Shown piece after piece: positions 15,683-25,340 of a stretch of DNA of 45,072 nt; the first letter of the stretch is position 1; each line of letters opens with the position of its first letter. Source of the stretch: Armatimonadota bacterium (GTDB lineage Bacteria > Armatimonadota > UBA10988). Below the pieces are notes generated by a model that saw nothing but the letters and a program-made list of their open reading frames with translations, searched no databases and had not been told where the DNA came from. A program made the translations under genes and the position numbers. The stretch spans positions 1 through 45,072 of the forward strand of contig JACPDV010000418.1 in assembly GCA_016183835.1 (NCBI GenBank). The letters are read 5' to 3'.

Positions 15683-18600
15683 ATGAGGCGATGGCTGCAA
15701 CTGACGGCGTGCATGATTGCCGGGCTGGCCGCCACGGTGGCTGCCGCCGAGGGCAACCTGTGGAGCGTGCCGACGGTGGCCGCGGCGCCCGAGGCGCGGG
15801 CGTTGCTCCGGCCGGACGCCTGGCCGGAGGCGTCGGCCCTGACCGGGTTCCAGGGCCTCGCCTCGGGCGAGCTGAGCCGGCTGCAGCCGGTGGTGTGGCT
15901 GGGCCGCGACGCCGCCCGCCTCTACGTCGGCTGGTGCGTGCCACGCGTGCCCGGCGCGCCGCTCGCCGTGCCCGCGCGCAAACGCGACGGCTCGCTCTGG
16001 GAGGACGACTCCATCGAGATCTTCCTCGACCCCGGCGACAGCCACCGGGAGTACTACCAGTTTATCCTCAACGCCGCCGGCGCGATCTTCGACGGCCACG
16101 TGCGTGACGCCGCCTGGAACGCCGACTGCAAGGTCGATACCGTCTCCGATGACTCCGCCTGGAGCGGGATTCTCTCGCTGCCGTTCGCCTCGCTGGGCAC
16201 TCCGCCGCCGGCCGATGGGGCGGTGTGGGGGTTCAACGTCGGCTTCGACCGCAGCCCGGCGCAGCGGCCCGACGCGGGCTGGGGGAGCGAAGAGCCGAAC
16301 CTCACCTGGTCGCCGCTGGAGGCCACGTTCCACGAGCCGGAGGGCTTCGGGCAGGTGCGCTTCGGCAGCGCCGTGCGGCTGACCTCGCTCGGCGCGCCGT
16401 GGTGGCGGCGCTGCTCGCCGAAGGGCGGGCTGGCCCGCGGCACCGCCTCGGTCCGCCTCCAGCGCGAGGGCGGCGCGACCTCGGAGCTGGGCCTGCACGA
16501 CGGCACGCCGCCCGCGCCGCTGTCGCCCGGTCGCTACCAGCTCGCCCTTGAGGCGCGCGACGGCGCCTCGACGCTGGCGCGCTGGAACGGTCGCTTCACC
16601 GCGCTCGCGCAGCTCGAGCCCCGGCTCACCACCAGCGCGGTGGCGCAGACCCTCGACGTGGACGCGCGCTACCAGGATCCACAGCCGCCGGCCCACGCGG
16701 GTGTGGCGGTCTCGCTGCGCGATGCGCGGGGCAAGGTCGTGCGTGCCGGGCGGCTCGAGCTGGCCGGCAACCGCGCCAGGGCCGTGCTGAAGTGGCGCTA
16801 CGCCGAGCTGCCGGCGGGCGCCTACGTGGCGCGGCTCCAGGACGCCGGCCAGCCCGAGATCCTCACCGAGGTGAGCTGGACCCGCCCGGAGCGGCCCGCC
16901 TGGCTCGGCTCGAAGGCCGGGCTGGGGAGCGACGACGTGCCGCTGCGCCCCTGGACGCCGCTGCAGGTGCGCTCCACCCGCCCGCTCCGCCTGGCCTGCT
17001 GGGGCCGTGAGTACGCCTTCGGCCCGTCCGGCCTGCCGGCGGCGGTGCGCTCGGCCGGCCAGGAGCTGCTCGCCGCGCCGGCCGCCTGGGATGCGCGCGT
17101 CGCCGGCAAGGCCGTCGCCTGGCAGGCCGAGCCGCTCGAGGTCACCCACCGCTCCGCCGGTGCGGTGTCGTTCGTCGCGCGCCAGACCGCGCCGGGGTTG
17201 CGGCTGACCACCTTCGGCCGGCTGGAGTTCGACGGCTTCCTCAAGCTCCGCGTGCGGCTGGAGAGCACCGGCGCGCCGGTGGCGCTGAGCCGGCTCGATC
17301 TGCGCGTGCCGTTCCGCCGTGACATCGCCCGGCTGATGCACTACTTCCCCAAACCCTCGGTCTGGACCGGGTTCAACGCCGCCAAGATCAACGCCCGCGC
17401 GGTGCCCGCGGCCGGCTGGCGCTCGCCCTTCACCTACCACGTCTGGGTCGGCGACCAGGCGCGCGGGTTGCAGTGGCTGACCGAAACCGACGAGTTGTGG
17501 CGGCCCGCCGACCCGGAGCGGGCCATCGAGCTGCTGCCCCAGGGCGACCGCGCCACGCTATCCCTCCACGTCATCGGCCGGCCCACGCGGATCGCCGGCC
17601 GACGCGAGTACGTCTTCGCCTTCGACGCCAGCCCGGTCAAGCCATACCCCGCCGACTGGCGCCATTGGCACTACGCGCAGGTGGCCTGGTGGGGCATGGA
17701 GACCGCGCGCCACCCGGCTTTGCGGAAGGACTGCCGCGTCACCTGGCCCGCCCTCGGCAACGTCCGACCCGACGCCGGCACCCTCGAGCTGACCATCGTC
17801 CCGCAGTTCGACTCCACCGCCAAGGGCGAGCTGAACCGCGGCCTGTTCTACCTCGTCTGGCCCGAAGACACCAAACCCGAGCCGGACCAGGGCGCCTGGT
17901 TCTACTGGAACCAGGACGACCACGGCATGCGCGTGGTCTTCCGCGAGGGCGGCAAGTACACCCGCGTCTACGGCGCGCCGTTCGCCTGGAAGCCCGGCGA
18001 GGCACACACCGTGGCCTTCACCTGGGGACCCGAGCAGGCCATCTACGTGGACGGGCAGCGGCTGGCGGCGCAACCGGCCCGCGGCTTGTGCGACGCGCCG
18101 GTGGACCTGGCTCGAGCGGTGCTGCAGATCGGCGACGTCAACAGCGACTTCACAGTCCGCCAAATCCGGATCTCGAATGCCCCCCGCGCCGTGGAAGCCC
18201 TGGACCGCGGCGGCGACCCCATGCAGCCCGACAACGCCACGCTGCTCCTGGACCGGCTCGACACTCTCCGCGACCGCCGCTCACAGCCGCTCCGCTCCGC
18301 GCCGGGCACCTTCGGCGACCTGGACTACGGCGCGGTGGTCACCCCGGGCGGGATCGACATCTCCGGTCCGCGGGAGAGCAGCACCTGGCTCGACTACCTG
18401 AAGCAGGTCGGCGTGATGACCATCGGCATGCACGAGCACTGGGCCGACTTGCAGGGCTTCCCGCGCACCAGTCACACCGCCGAGCTGCGCTCGCTGGTCG
18501 ACGGCATTCACCAGCGCGGGCAGAAGCTGCTCCTCTACGGCTCCTGGCAGCTCGCCGACATCGCGCCCGAGTACCCCGACTTCCACCGCGAGTGCGAGGT

Positions 18601-19480
18601 GCTGGCCCCGGATCGCTTCCTCTACACCCGCGTGCCGAAGCAGGTCGACTACCCCGTCTGCGCCCGCAGCGCCTGGACCGACTTCATGGCCGACGGCATC
18701 GACCAGCTCCTCCGCGACTACCCCATCGACGGCATCTACTCCGACGGGCTCTCGTACCCCGGCGAGTGCAGCAACGGCCTCCACGGCTGCGGCTACACCG
18801 GCGAGGACGGCCAACGGCACGTCACCCTCAACCTCTTCGCCGTGCGCGACGCTATGAAGCGCTTCCGCCGCCTGCTCGACACGCAGGGCAGGCCGATGCT
18901 CTTCATCGCCCACACCTCGGGGCAGATCACCCTGCCCACGCTGGCCTTCGCCGATGCCTACCTCGATGCGGAGCACCTGACCGGCCAGCCGCGCCCGTTC
19001 CGGCTCCCGCTGGACGCGTTCCAGGCGGAGTTCATGGGGCACAACTTCGGCATCCCGGCGTATTTCCTGGTCTACGACTGGAACCAGGGGATGACCACGC
19101 CCGAGGGACTGGCGCTGAGCCTGCTGCACGACGTGGAGGTGCCCTGGTCGTGGGAGCAGATGGCGCCGGTGTGGCAGGTGTGGGACCGGTTCGGCGTGGA
19201 CCAGGCGGAGTTCCTGCCGTACTGGGACCCGGCGGCCTGGTTCGTCTCGGCGCCGGCAGGGGTCAAGGTCAGCGCCTACCGGAAGCCTGACGGCGACATG
19301 CTGGTGGTGGCATCCAACCTCGGCGAACAGGCGGTGGAGGGCGAGATCCGGCTGAAGGCGCGGATCCAGTCGGCGGAAGATGCGCTGACGGCTGAGCCGC
19401 TGGCGGTGGCGGATGGAGCCGTCCACGGGCGGTTCGAACCGTGGCAGGTGAAGCTGATCCGGGTGCGGACGGGTGGATAG
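15683..19480 (+). CDS. Large secreted glycan-active protein: CBM9/DOMON-like N-domain, beta-sandwich and LamG-like modules, C-terminal TIM-barrel-like putative glycoside hydrolase domain
   Basis: ATG 15683 has GGAGGA at 15670-15675, followed by a signal peptide (MIAGLAATVAAAEG). The CBM9-like motif is WEDDSIEIFLDPGDSHREYYQFILNAAG. A LamG-like segment reads GTLELTIVPQF...HTVAFTWGP. The C-terminal region (HEHWADLQGFP, DGIYSDGL, FIAHTSG) looks like a glycosidase barrel. Exact family is not assigned. Confidence 0.7.
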   Translation: MRRWLQLTACMIAGLAATVAAAEGNLWSVPTVAAAPEARALLRPDAWPEASALTGFQGLASGELSRLQPVVWLGRDAARLYVGWCVPRVPGAPLAVPARKRDGSLWEDDSIEIFLDPGDSHREYYQFILNAAGAIFDGHVRDAAWNADCKVDTVSDDSAWSGILSLPFASLGTPPPADGAVWGFNVGFDRSPAQRPDAGWGSEEPNLTWSPLEATFHEPEGFGQVRFGSAVRLTSLGAPWWRRCSPKGGLARGTASVRLQREGGATSELGLHDGTPPAPLSPGRYQLALEARDGASTLARWNGRFTALAQLEPRLTTSAVAQTLDVDARYQDPQPPAHAGVAVSLRDARGKVVRAGRLELAGNRARAVLKWRYAELPAGAYVARLQDAGQPEILTEVSWTRPERPAWLGSKAGLGSDDVPLRPWTPLQVRSTRPLRLACWGREYAFGPSGLPAAVRSAGQELLAAPAAWDARVAGKAVAWQAEPLEVTHRSAGAVSFVARQTAPGLRLTTFGRLEFDGFLKLRVRLESTGAPVALSRLDLRVPFRRDIARLMHYFPKPSVWTGFNAAKINARAVPAAGWRSPFTYHVWVGDQARGLQWLTETDELWRPADPERAIELLPQGDRATLSLHVIGRPTRIAGRREYVFAFDASPVKPYPADWRHWHYAQVAWWGMETARHPALRKDCRVTWPALGNVRPDAGTLELTIVPQFDSTAKGELNRGLFYLVWPEDTKPEPDQGAWFYWNQDDHGMRVVFREGGKYTRVYGAPFAWKPGEAHTVAFTWGPEQAIYVDGQRLAAQPARGLCDAPVDLARAVLQIGDVNSDFTVRQIRISNAPRAVEALDRGGDPMQPDNATLLLDRLDTLRDRRSQPLRSAPGTFGDLDYGAVVTPGGIDISGPRESSTWLDYLKQVGVMTIGMHEHWADLQGFPRTSHTAELRSLVDGIHQRGQKLLLYGSWQLADIAPEYPDFHRECEVLAPDRFLYTRVPKQVDYPVCARSAWTDFMADGIDQLLRDYPIDGIYSDGLSYPGECSNGLHGCGYTGEDGQRHVTLNLFAVRDAMKRFRRLLDTQGRPMLFIAHTSGQITLPTLAFADAYLDAEHLTGQPRPFRLPLDAFQAEFMGHNFGIPAYFLVYDWNQGMTTPEGLALSLLHDVEVPWSWEQMAPVWQVWDRFGVDQAEFLPYWDPAAWFVSAPAGVKVSAYRKPDGDMLVVASNLGEQAVEGEIRLKARIQSAEDALTAEPLAVADGAVHGRFEPWQVKLIRVRTGG

Positions 19481-19537
19481 GCACAGACCCGCCGCCCGAG
19501 TTACAATGCGGCCCCGAGCCAGACCAACCAAGGAGCA

Positions 19538-20587
19538 ATGGTGATGAAGCAGGTCCGTGTCGGCATCGTCGGGATGGGGATCGGACGGCCCAACGCCCAG
19601 GCCATCGCCCGCGACCCGCGTGGCGTGGTCGCCGCCCTGTGCGACCTCGTCCCCGAGCGCATGGACGACTTCGCCAAGGCGCTCCCCGCGCCCGTGCGGC
19701 AGTTCACCGACTACAAAAAGCTGTGCGCCGATCCCGACCTCGACGCGATCTTTGTCGGCACGCCGAACCAGCTCCACGTCCCCATCGCCCTCGAAGCCGT
19801 CAGGAACGGCAAGCACGTGCTCGTCACCAAGCCGCTCTCCGATTCCCTCGCCGCCGCGCGGAAGCTGGTCGAGGCGCAGGAGGCAGCCGGCGTGGTGGGG
19901 ATGATGTCGCTCTCCACGCGGTATGCCAACAACACCCGCTACCTCGGCGCGCTGGCGCAAAAGGGCGACCTGGGCGAGGTCTACTACGCCCGCGCCCGGA
20001 GCGTGCGGCGGGCGGGGATCCCGGCGTGGAACCTGGGCTTCATCACCAAGGGCGGCGGTGCGTTCCGGGACATGGGCGTGCATGTGCTCGACTCGGCCTG
20101 GTGGCTGATGGGCCTGCCGAAGCCGGCGTCGGTGGTCGGTGTGGCGGGGATGAAGTTCGGCCAGCGCGGGCAGGGCTACTGGGACTTCACGCAGCCGCCG
20201 AAGGAGACCTGGTCGAAGTTCGCGGTCGACGACTACGGCGGCGGGTTCATCCGCTTCGAGAACGGCGCGGGGCTGCAAGTGGAGAGCTTCTGGGCGTCGC
20301 ACATGCCGGGCGAGGTGCAGATCGAGCTGTTCGGCACCGAGGCGGGTGCCACGTTGAACCCGCTGAAGCTGTTTCGCACGGTGGGCGGCGCGCCGCAGGA
20401 CGTGACGGTCAACCTGCCCAAGGGGCCCGAGCCGTGGGACAACCTGGCGGGACACTGGCTCGACTGCATCCTGGACGGGGTGCAGTGCGAGGCGCCGCTG
20501 CGGCACGGGATGGTGGTGCAGGAGATGCTCGAGGCGCTGCTCCGGAGCGGGGAGACGGGCAAGGAAGTGCGGGTGAAGGGGGAGTAG
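19538..20587 (+). CDS. Gfo/Idh/MocA-family NAD(P)-dependent oxidoreductase
   Basis: The Rossmann start is VRVGIVGMGIGRP, and the EKP-like motif is VLVTKPL. AAGGAG lies at 19530-19535. The ATG at 19544 (8-nt spacing) is probably a better start than 19538. Confidence 0.85.
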   Translation: MVMKQVRVGIVGMGIGRPNAQAIARDPRGVVAALCDLVPERMDDFAKALPAPVRQFTDYKKLCADPDLDAIFVGTPNQLHVPIALEAVRNGKHVLVTKPLSDSLAAARKLVEAQEAAGVVGMMSLSTRYANNTRYLGALAQKGDLGEVYYARARSVRRAGIPAWNLGFITKGGGAFRDMGVHVLDSAWWLMGLPKPASVVGVAGMKFGQRGQGYWDFTQPPKETWSKFAVDDYGGGFIRFENGAGLQVESFWASHMPGEVQIELFGTEAGATLNPLKLFRTVGGAPQDVTVNLPKGPEPWDNLAGHWLDCILDGVQCEAPLRHGMVVQEMLEALLRSGETGKEVRVKGE

Positions 20588-20594
20588 GCTGGAT

Positions 20595-20624
20595 TTGACA
20601 GACGGCGATCGCGCCAGCTAGACT
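20595..20624 (+). promoter_or_regulatory. Sigma70-like promoter upstream of the frameshifted lipoprotein gene
   Basis: TTGACA (20595-20600), an 18-nt spacer, then TAGACT (20619-20624). Confidence 0.4.
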
Positions 20625-20647
20625 GGACTCGACCTGCTTGAGCTGGC

Positions 20648-22287
20648 GTGATGCTCAGGGGGCGAGGTCCACTCATGGGGCACGGCGCGCGGGTCGTCCT
20701 GACACTCTTGGTCTGTGCGTGTGTGACAGGCTGCGGGCTGTTCAAGCCGGACTATGCCAAGCCGGCGCCGAAGGCGCTGCGGACCTACAAGCCCAAGCCG
20801 GAGCCCGCCTACGAGAAGCCGCATGACCCGTGGGGCGCGGAGTACGCGGCCCAACCCATTCCCCACGGCAAGGACGCTCCCACCGAGCGGGACTACACCG
20901 GCTCGTCGAGCGCGTCGTCCATCGCTTCTACACCGGGTCCTACGAGAAGCTGTCCACCAAGGACCGGCGCTGGGACGCCTCGTCCCGGCGCTTGCTGGGC
21001 ATGTTCGAGCAGTTCCTCAGCAAGCAGCCCGCGCCGTTCGACGCCAAGCCCGCGCTGCCCATCATCGCCGCGCTCGAGCAGGCTGACTGCCCCGATGCCC
21101 TGGTGCGCTGCGTGATGGGTGTCCTGGCCCAGGAGGCCGGGCAAGCGAAGCGGGCTCTGGCCAACCTGGACCGCAGCGACGCGCTGCAGGCCAAGCATCC
21201 CTACCCGCCAGTCTGCATGTGGGTGTCCGGCGGCGCGCGGTTCGAAGCCACCGTCGAGGTCAAGGGCGTGGCTGCGGCCAACGCCGCGTACGAGTTCATC
21301 GCCAAGGGCTGGAACGACTTCGCCGAGGCCCTCGACGAGCCCCGCTCCGAGCCGGGCGAAGAGCGGGTCCTGCTCTCGCTCGCGCAGCGGCCGTTGCGGA
21401 CCTTCGGCGGTGCGCAACGCCTGATGGACGCGCTGGCCAAGCACCCCAAGGCGGACGCGTACGTCGCCGGCGTCCTCCAGGGCCAGAACTACTGGAGCAA
21501 GGTCGTCGGGCACGTGGGCATGAGCAGCCGCAAGGCCGCCGAGAAGCAGGCCGAGTTTGCCGGGTACCTGGCCAATGCGCGCGACGGCCTCACCGCCGCG
21601 TGGAAGCTGCATCCAGCCTTCCCCGAAGCGCCTGGAGTGATGCTGTCGATCACCGCGCTGGGTTACGGCGGGCCGGGCGAGACGCCGCGCACCTGGTTCG
21701 ACCGCGCCGTGGCCGCGCAGTTCGACTACCCGCCTGCCTACGACGGCTTGATCGAGGCCCTGCAGCTCGGCGACGGCGCGCAGCTCAGGCAGTTCGCCGA
21801 GGAGTGCCTGGCCACCGGGCGCTTCGACACCGGCGTGCCCTGGCGCTACTACGAGGCGCTGTACGCGGCCGGCGGGTTCCGCGACGACCAAGCCTACGCC
21901 GGCCTGAAGAGCGTCGTGGCCGGCTACCGGACCGTCGAGCCGGCCAAGGATCGCGACCGCCGCTCCAGGCTGCTGGCCGCAGCCTGCGGCACCGCAAGGT
22001 GGGACGAGGCGGCCGCCCTGTCCAAGAAGCTCGGAGGCAAGCCCGATCTCGATGCGCTGAGGGACGCGCTGGGTGGCGAGCCGGACGATGCCCTGGCCGA
22101 GTTGGATGCACACGCCGCCGGGGTCGCCGCCGATTACGACGCAGCCGTCTCCGCGGCGCAAGGCGGCGACACGGCCAAGGCGGTCAAGCTCCTCACAGCG
22201 TTGGAGGCGGGGCCTGGCTCGGATCGCCTGCACCGCCATGTCCGTGGGATGCTGCAGGGGCTGAAGATCCAGGAAGCTCTGCACTGA
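20648..22287 (+). pseudogene. Lipoprotein gene with an apparent frameshift near 20897-20902 (or a sequencing error)
   Basis: Frame 2 (20648/20651/20675 to about 20899) encodes a lipobox signal (VVLTLLVCACVTGC) plus a P/K-rich linker. After about 20899 that frame degenerates to S/P/R/A shadow sequence. Frame 1 becomes protein-like exactly there (RLVERVVHRFYTGSYEKL...) and runs to the TGA at 22285-22287. The frame-1 N-terminus from GTG 20830 (MGRGVRGPTHSPRQGRSHRAG) looks non-coding. Confidence 0.5.
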
Positions 22288-22308
22288 CCCGGCCGGCGCC
22301 AACTGCGC

Positions 22309-22338
22309 TTGACTCGGGTATGGCGCGCAGACTACACT
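22309..22338 (+). promoter_or_regulatory. Sigma70-like promoter upstream of the lipoprotein gene at 22392
   Basis: TTGACT (22309-22314), an 18-nt spacer, then TACACT (22333-22338). The architecture matches the 20595 candidate. Confidence 0.4.
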
Positions 22339-22391
22339 CGATGCGACCTGCTGGGGGTGGTCCGCACGCTCCCGGGGGATGGGGTACCCTC

Positions 22392-23081
22392 ATGTTACGA
22401 AACCGTTGCGCAACGGCCTGCCTGGTCCTCACTGCACTTCTCGCCGGCTGCAGCAAGCCGGCTCCGCCTCCGCCGAAGCCGTCCACCGCTGCCGCAGTGC
22501 CCGCCGCCGAGCCGCCGGCACCGCCTGTCAAGCTGCCCCTTGAGCCCGGCTTGAGCGCCTGGACGGGCGCCGGCGAGGAGTGGAAGGCCGACAAGGACAC
22601 GGCCGTTCTCACCGTCAAGGGGGGCGCCAACCCGCGACTCAGTGCCACCGCGCAGGCGCAACTCCCCCTCACTCTGAGCGCCGAGTTCGAGTCGCCGGTG
22701 GGCAAGGACGTGCATGGTTCGTACGACGTGTTGCTGCTGCTGGTGGACAAGGCCAGCGGTCAGTACCTGGCCGCTTCGGCGTCGGTCGGTACGAACATCG
22801 TGGGCTGCCAGACCCTGGTCCCCTCCGAAGGGCTCGGCAAGGGCGCGAACTTGGCGACGATCAAGTCGAAGAACCTCCTCGTGGTGGCGGCCGACGCGAA
22901 GAACATCGCGATCTCGTTCAACGGGCTCCCAGTCTACCATCGTGCCCTGCCCCACGACGTCGCCGCCACCGCTCAATGGACGCCCACGCTGGGCGTGGAC
23001 AACTTCAGCAAGGACAGGCTGACCGTGCGGTTCCGGAACGTGACCCTGAAGAAGGAGGGGCCGGCCCCACGCAGGCGGTGA
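22392..23081 (+). CDS. Lipoprotein, possibly with a DUF1080-like/concanavalin-type jelly roll
   Basis: ATG 22392 begins MLRNRCATACLVLTALLAGC, a lipobox signal, followed by a Pro/Ala-rich linker. The C-terminal LTVRFRNVTLKK resembles the usual ending of DUF1080-type domains, which is weak evidence. Confidence 0.6.
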   Translation: MLRNRCATACLVLTALLAGCSKPAPPPPKPSTAAAVPAAEPPAPPVKLPLEPGLSAWTGAGEEWKADKDTAVLTVKGGANPRLSATAQAQLPLTLSAEFESPVGKDVHGSYDVLLLLVDKASGQYLAASASVGTNIVGCQTLVPSEGLGKGANLATIKSKNLLVVAADAKNIAISFNGLPVYHRALPHDVAATAQWTPTLGVDNFSKDRLTVRFRNVTLKKEGPAPRRR

Positions 23082-23084
23082 GCC

Positions 23085-23649
23085 GCCGCGGCGTCGAGGC
23101 CGCCGACGGGCAGCAGTCGTTCGTCGGCTCCGCCGGTAGGCTGGGCGACGGGTACCATGGCGGCGAGGCGCTGTGGATCGAGAACTCCGACCCGAAGACG
23201 TCGGTCAACCGCACGCTCCAGTTCCCCGCCGCCTCCACCCACTGGACCTGGACGGGATCGTCTACAGCTTCCACTTCTACCTGCCGTTCAGCTTCACTTA
23301 CCAGGGGGTGTACCCGGACAAGCCGCCGGTGGTGTACCCGGGGGTGATCGAGGGCGAGCAGTGGGACAAGGAGCGGCTGCGCGAGGCGATGCGGCCGGTG
23401 GCGGACTTCGAGGAGTACTGCAACGTGCCGATCTACATCGGCGAGTTCAGCGCGGCGCGCTGGGCGGCGGAGGGGTCGGCGTACCGCTGGCTGAAGGACG
23501 TGATCGAGGTGTTCGAGGAGCACGGGTGGGACTGGTCGTACCACGCGTACCGTGAATGGGACGGTTGGAGCGTGGAGCACGCGACGGACAAGAACGACCG
23601 GCAGCGGGCCGCGGCGCCGACCGATCAGCAGCAGTTGCTGATAGGGTGA
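23085..23649 (+). pseudogene. Remnant of a CBM-GH5 (cellulase-family) gene: 5'-truncated and frameshifted
   Basis: Frame 1 (about 23236-23649) encodes the C-terminal half of a GH5 barrel: VYSFHFYLPFSFTYQG, IYIGEFS (nucleophile Glu motif) and WDWSYHAYREW. The acid/base NEP half is absent. Frame 2 (about 23085-23235) encodes a CBM-like fragment (GYHGGEALWIENSDPKTSVNRTLQFP) with no start codon or signal peptide, beginning right after the upstream stop. Confidence 0.55.
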
Positions 23650-23682
23650 GTTGCCAGGAACGCGAGGCCGGGCGGCTGGCCG

Positions 23683-24732
23683 CTACCACCCGGCCGCCAA
23701 CAGCGTATCCTCCGCCGCATACACCTCCGCCAGGTCCGGCACGTTCGCCGGCAGGTTCGCCCGCTCCCACGCCACCGTCCTGACCAGTGCCTCCTCCCGC
23801 GCGACCGGCTCAGCGAAGCCCAGCTCCGCCCGGATCCGGGACGAGTCCGCCACGAGATCCTGCGCCGGCGCACCCCCCGACGACAACGCCTCCGGCAACT
23901 GCTCGTCCGGCACCACCACCACCCGCCCGGACCAGCCTGCCGCCGCACCGATCGCCTCCACCCACTCCCGCGTGCTGAGCGCCTGGGTCTCGGCCACGTT
24001 GTAGATCCGGCCCACCGCGCGCTCGTCCGTCACCGCCAGCGCGATCGCCTCGGCCACGTTTTCCACGTAGGCCCGCGTCCAGCGCCACGCCGCCTCGCCC
24101 CCGCCCATCACGATCGCCGGCCGGCCGTCGTCCATCCGCCGGAGGTGCGGTTGGAGCCGGTGCTGGTAGTCGCCCGGGCCGTACACCGCCGGGAGCCGCA
24201 GCACCGTGCCGGGCAGCTCCGGGTCGCCCTGCACCACTCGCTCCACCAGGATCTTGTCGTAGTCGTCGGCCCAGCGGCCCGGGTCGTCCGCGGCGCGCGG
24301 CGGGTCGGCGCGGTAGGGGTAGAGCTTGCTCCGCAGCGGCGAGTCCTCGGTCAGCGGGAGCGGGTCGGGCGGGCCTGTCTCGTTGCCGTGGAGCAGGCCG
24401 TACGCTCGGAACACGTCCTGGCTGCCCACCGCCACCAGCCGCCCGGCCAGCCCGCGGAACACGTCCACCGCCGCGCGCGCATCGGCTTCGCCGAGGGGCA
24501 CCATGTCGAGCACCACGTCGGGTTGGATGCTGCCGAGCCGGCGGGCATAGCCGGGCAGCGCGCGGCGGTCGCCGAGCGTCACGTCCGGCGCGTGGAGATG
24601 CTGCACCTCGGCCGGCAGGCCGCCCGGCGTGTTGCCCCGGTGCAGCACGGTGACGAGGTGACCCAGCGCGGCCAGCCGCCGCACCGCGGCAGCGCCGATG
24701 AACCGCGTGCCCCCGAGCACCAGGACGCGCAT
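23683..24732 (-). CDS. NAD-dependent epimerase/dehydratase (extended SDR)
   Basis: MRVLVLGGTRFIGAAAVRRL is the GxxGxxG Rossmann motif of extended SDRs, and the length (349 aa) fits the family. It is the last gene of a minus-strand run. Confidence 0.8.
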   Translation of the reverse strand: MRVLVLGGTRFIGAAAVRRLAALGHLVTVLHRGNTPGGLPAEVQHLHAPDVTLGDRRALPGYARRLGSIQPDVVLDMVPLGEADARAAVDVFRGLAGRLVAVGSQDVFRAYGLLHGNETGPPDPLPLTEDSPLRSKLYPYRADPPRAADDPGRWADDYDKILVERVVQGDPELPGTVLRLPAVYGPGDYQHRLQPHLRRMDDGRPAIVMGGGEAAWRWTRAYVENVAEAIALAVTDERAVGRIYNVAETQALSTREWVEAIGAAAGWSGRVVVVPDEQLPEALSSGGAPAQDLVADSSRIRAELGFAEPVAREEALVRTVAWERANLPANVPDLAEVYAAEDTLLAAGW

Positions 24733-24744
24733 GGCTCTCCGCCT

Positions 24745-25191
24745 TTACGGCATCACCACGCCGATGGTGAGCAGCAGGTTGGCGTAGATCCGCTGGTCGG
24801 CGGTGGCGATGGTGAGGGCCATGTCGTCGGCGCCGGCGGTGTCGTAGAACGCGAAGCGCTCGATGGGCTCCAGCTCCAGGTCGAGCCCGGCCGCACCGAG
24901 GAGCGCGCGGAACTCCTCCCAGATGGGCGGGTCGGCGGCGAGGGCGTAGGGCCCGCTGGCCGCGTACTGCATCACGGCGGCGGCCTCGACCGGGATGGCG
25001 GTGAGAAGGGCGGCGAGCACGTCGGTGCAGCTCACCAGGCCGGGCGAGAGGTTGAGGTTGACCAGCTCGGCGTTGTCACCCAGCTTGGTGGAGAAGGGGT
25101 AGTTGCCGTCCGCGATGAGCACCTTGGAGCCATGCCCGCCGCGGCCGAGCGCCGCCAGGATGTCGGGGTGGAGGAGGCGGGACTTCAGCAT
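24745..25191 (-). CDS. fucU: RbsD/FucU-family sugar mutarotase (FucU-like)
   Basis: MLKSRLLHPDILAALGRGGHGSKVLIADGNYPF carries the GHG motif of the FucU branch, whereas RbsD has GHTD. The length is 148 aa and the stop is TAA at 24745-24747. Confidence 0.75.
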   Translation of the reverse strand: MLKSRLLHPDILAALGRGGHGSKVLIADGNYPFSTKLGDNAELVNLNLSPGLVSCTDVLAALLTAIPVEAAAVMQYAASGPYALAADPPIWEEFRALLGAAGLDLELEPIERFAFYDTAGADDMALTIATADQRIYANLLLTIGVVMP

Positions 25192-25224
25192 CGGGGCGTA
25201 CCTCGGTGCGGCGCATCATAGCAC

Positions 25225-25340
25225 GGTGGTTGGTGCCTGGTGCTTGGTGTGCGGATCCCGAATGGGGCGGGGAGGGTGTCGCGGCGGGGAGGATCCGGGC
25301 ACCAAGCACCAGGCACCCGGCACCAGGCACCACGCACCGC
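25225..25340. repeat. Inverted arrays of 7-bp tandem repeats forming a long hairpin
   Basis: The plus strand has 4 x GGTGNNN (25225-25252) and 6 x GCACCNN (25299-25340). The best pairing is 25232-25258 with 25291-25317 (27 nt, 2 mismatches, 32-nt loop). It lies between the dehydratase stop (25341) and the fucU-like start (25191). Confidence 0.9.

Noticed and set aside
25225-25340. The heptamer arrays considered as a possible CRISPR array or a coding repeat (translates as WCLVPGAWCLVPG).
   Set aside because: The units are 7 bp long with no spacers, and the two arrays are inverted rather than direct. The region lies between a stop codon and the next gene's start. It is kept as a structured repeat instead.
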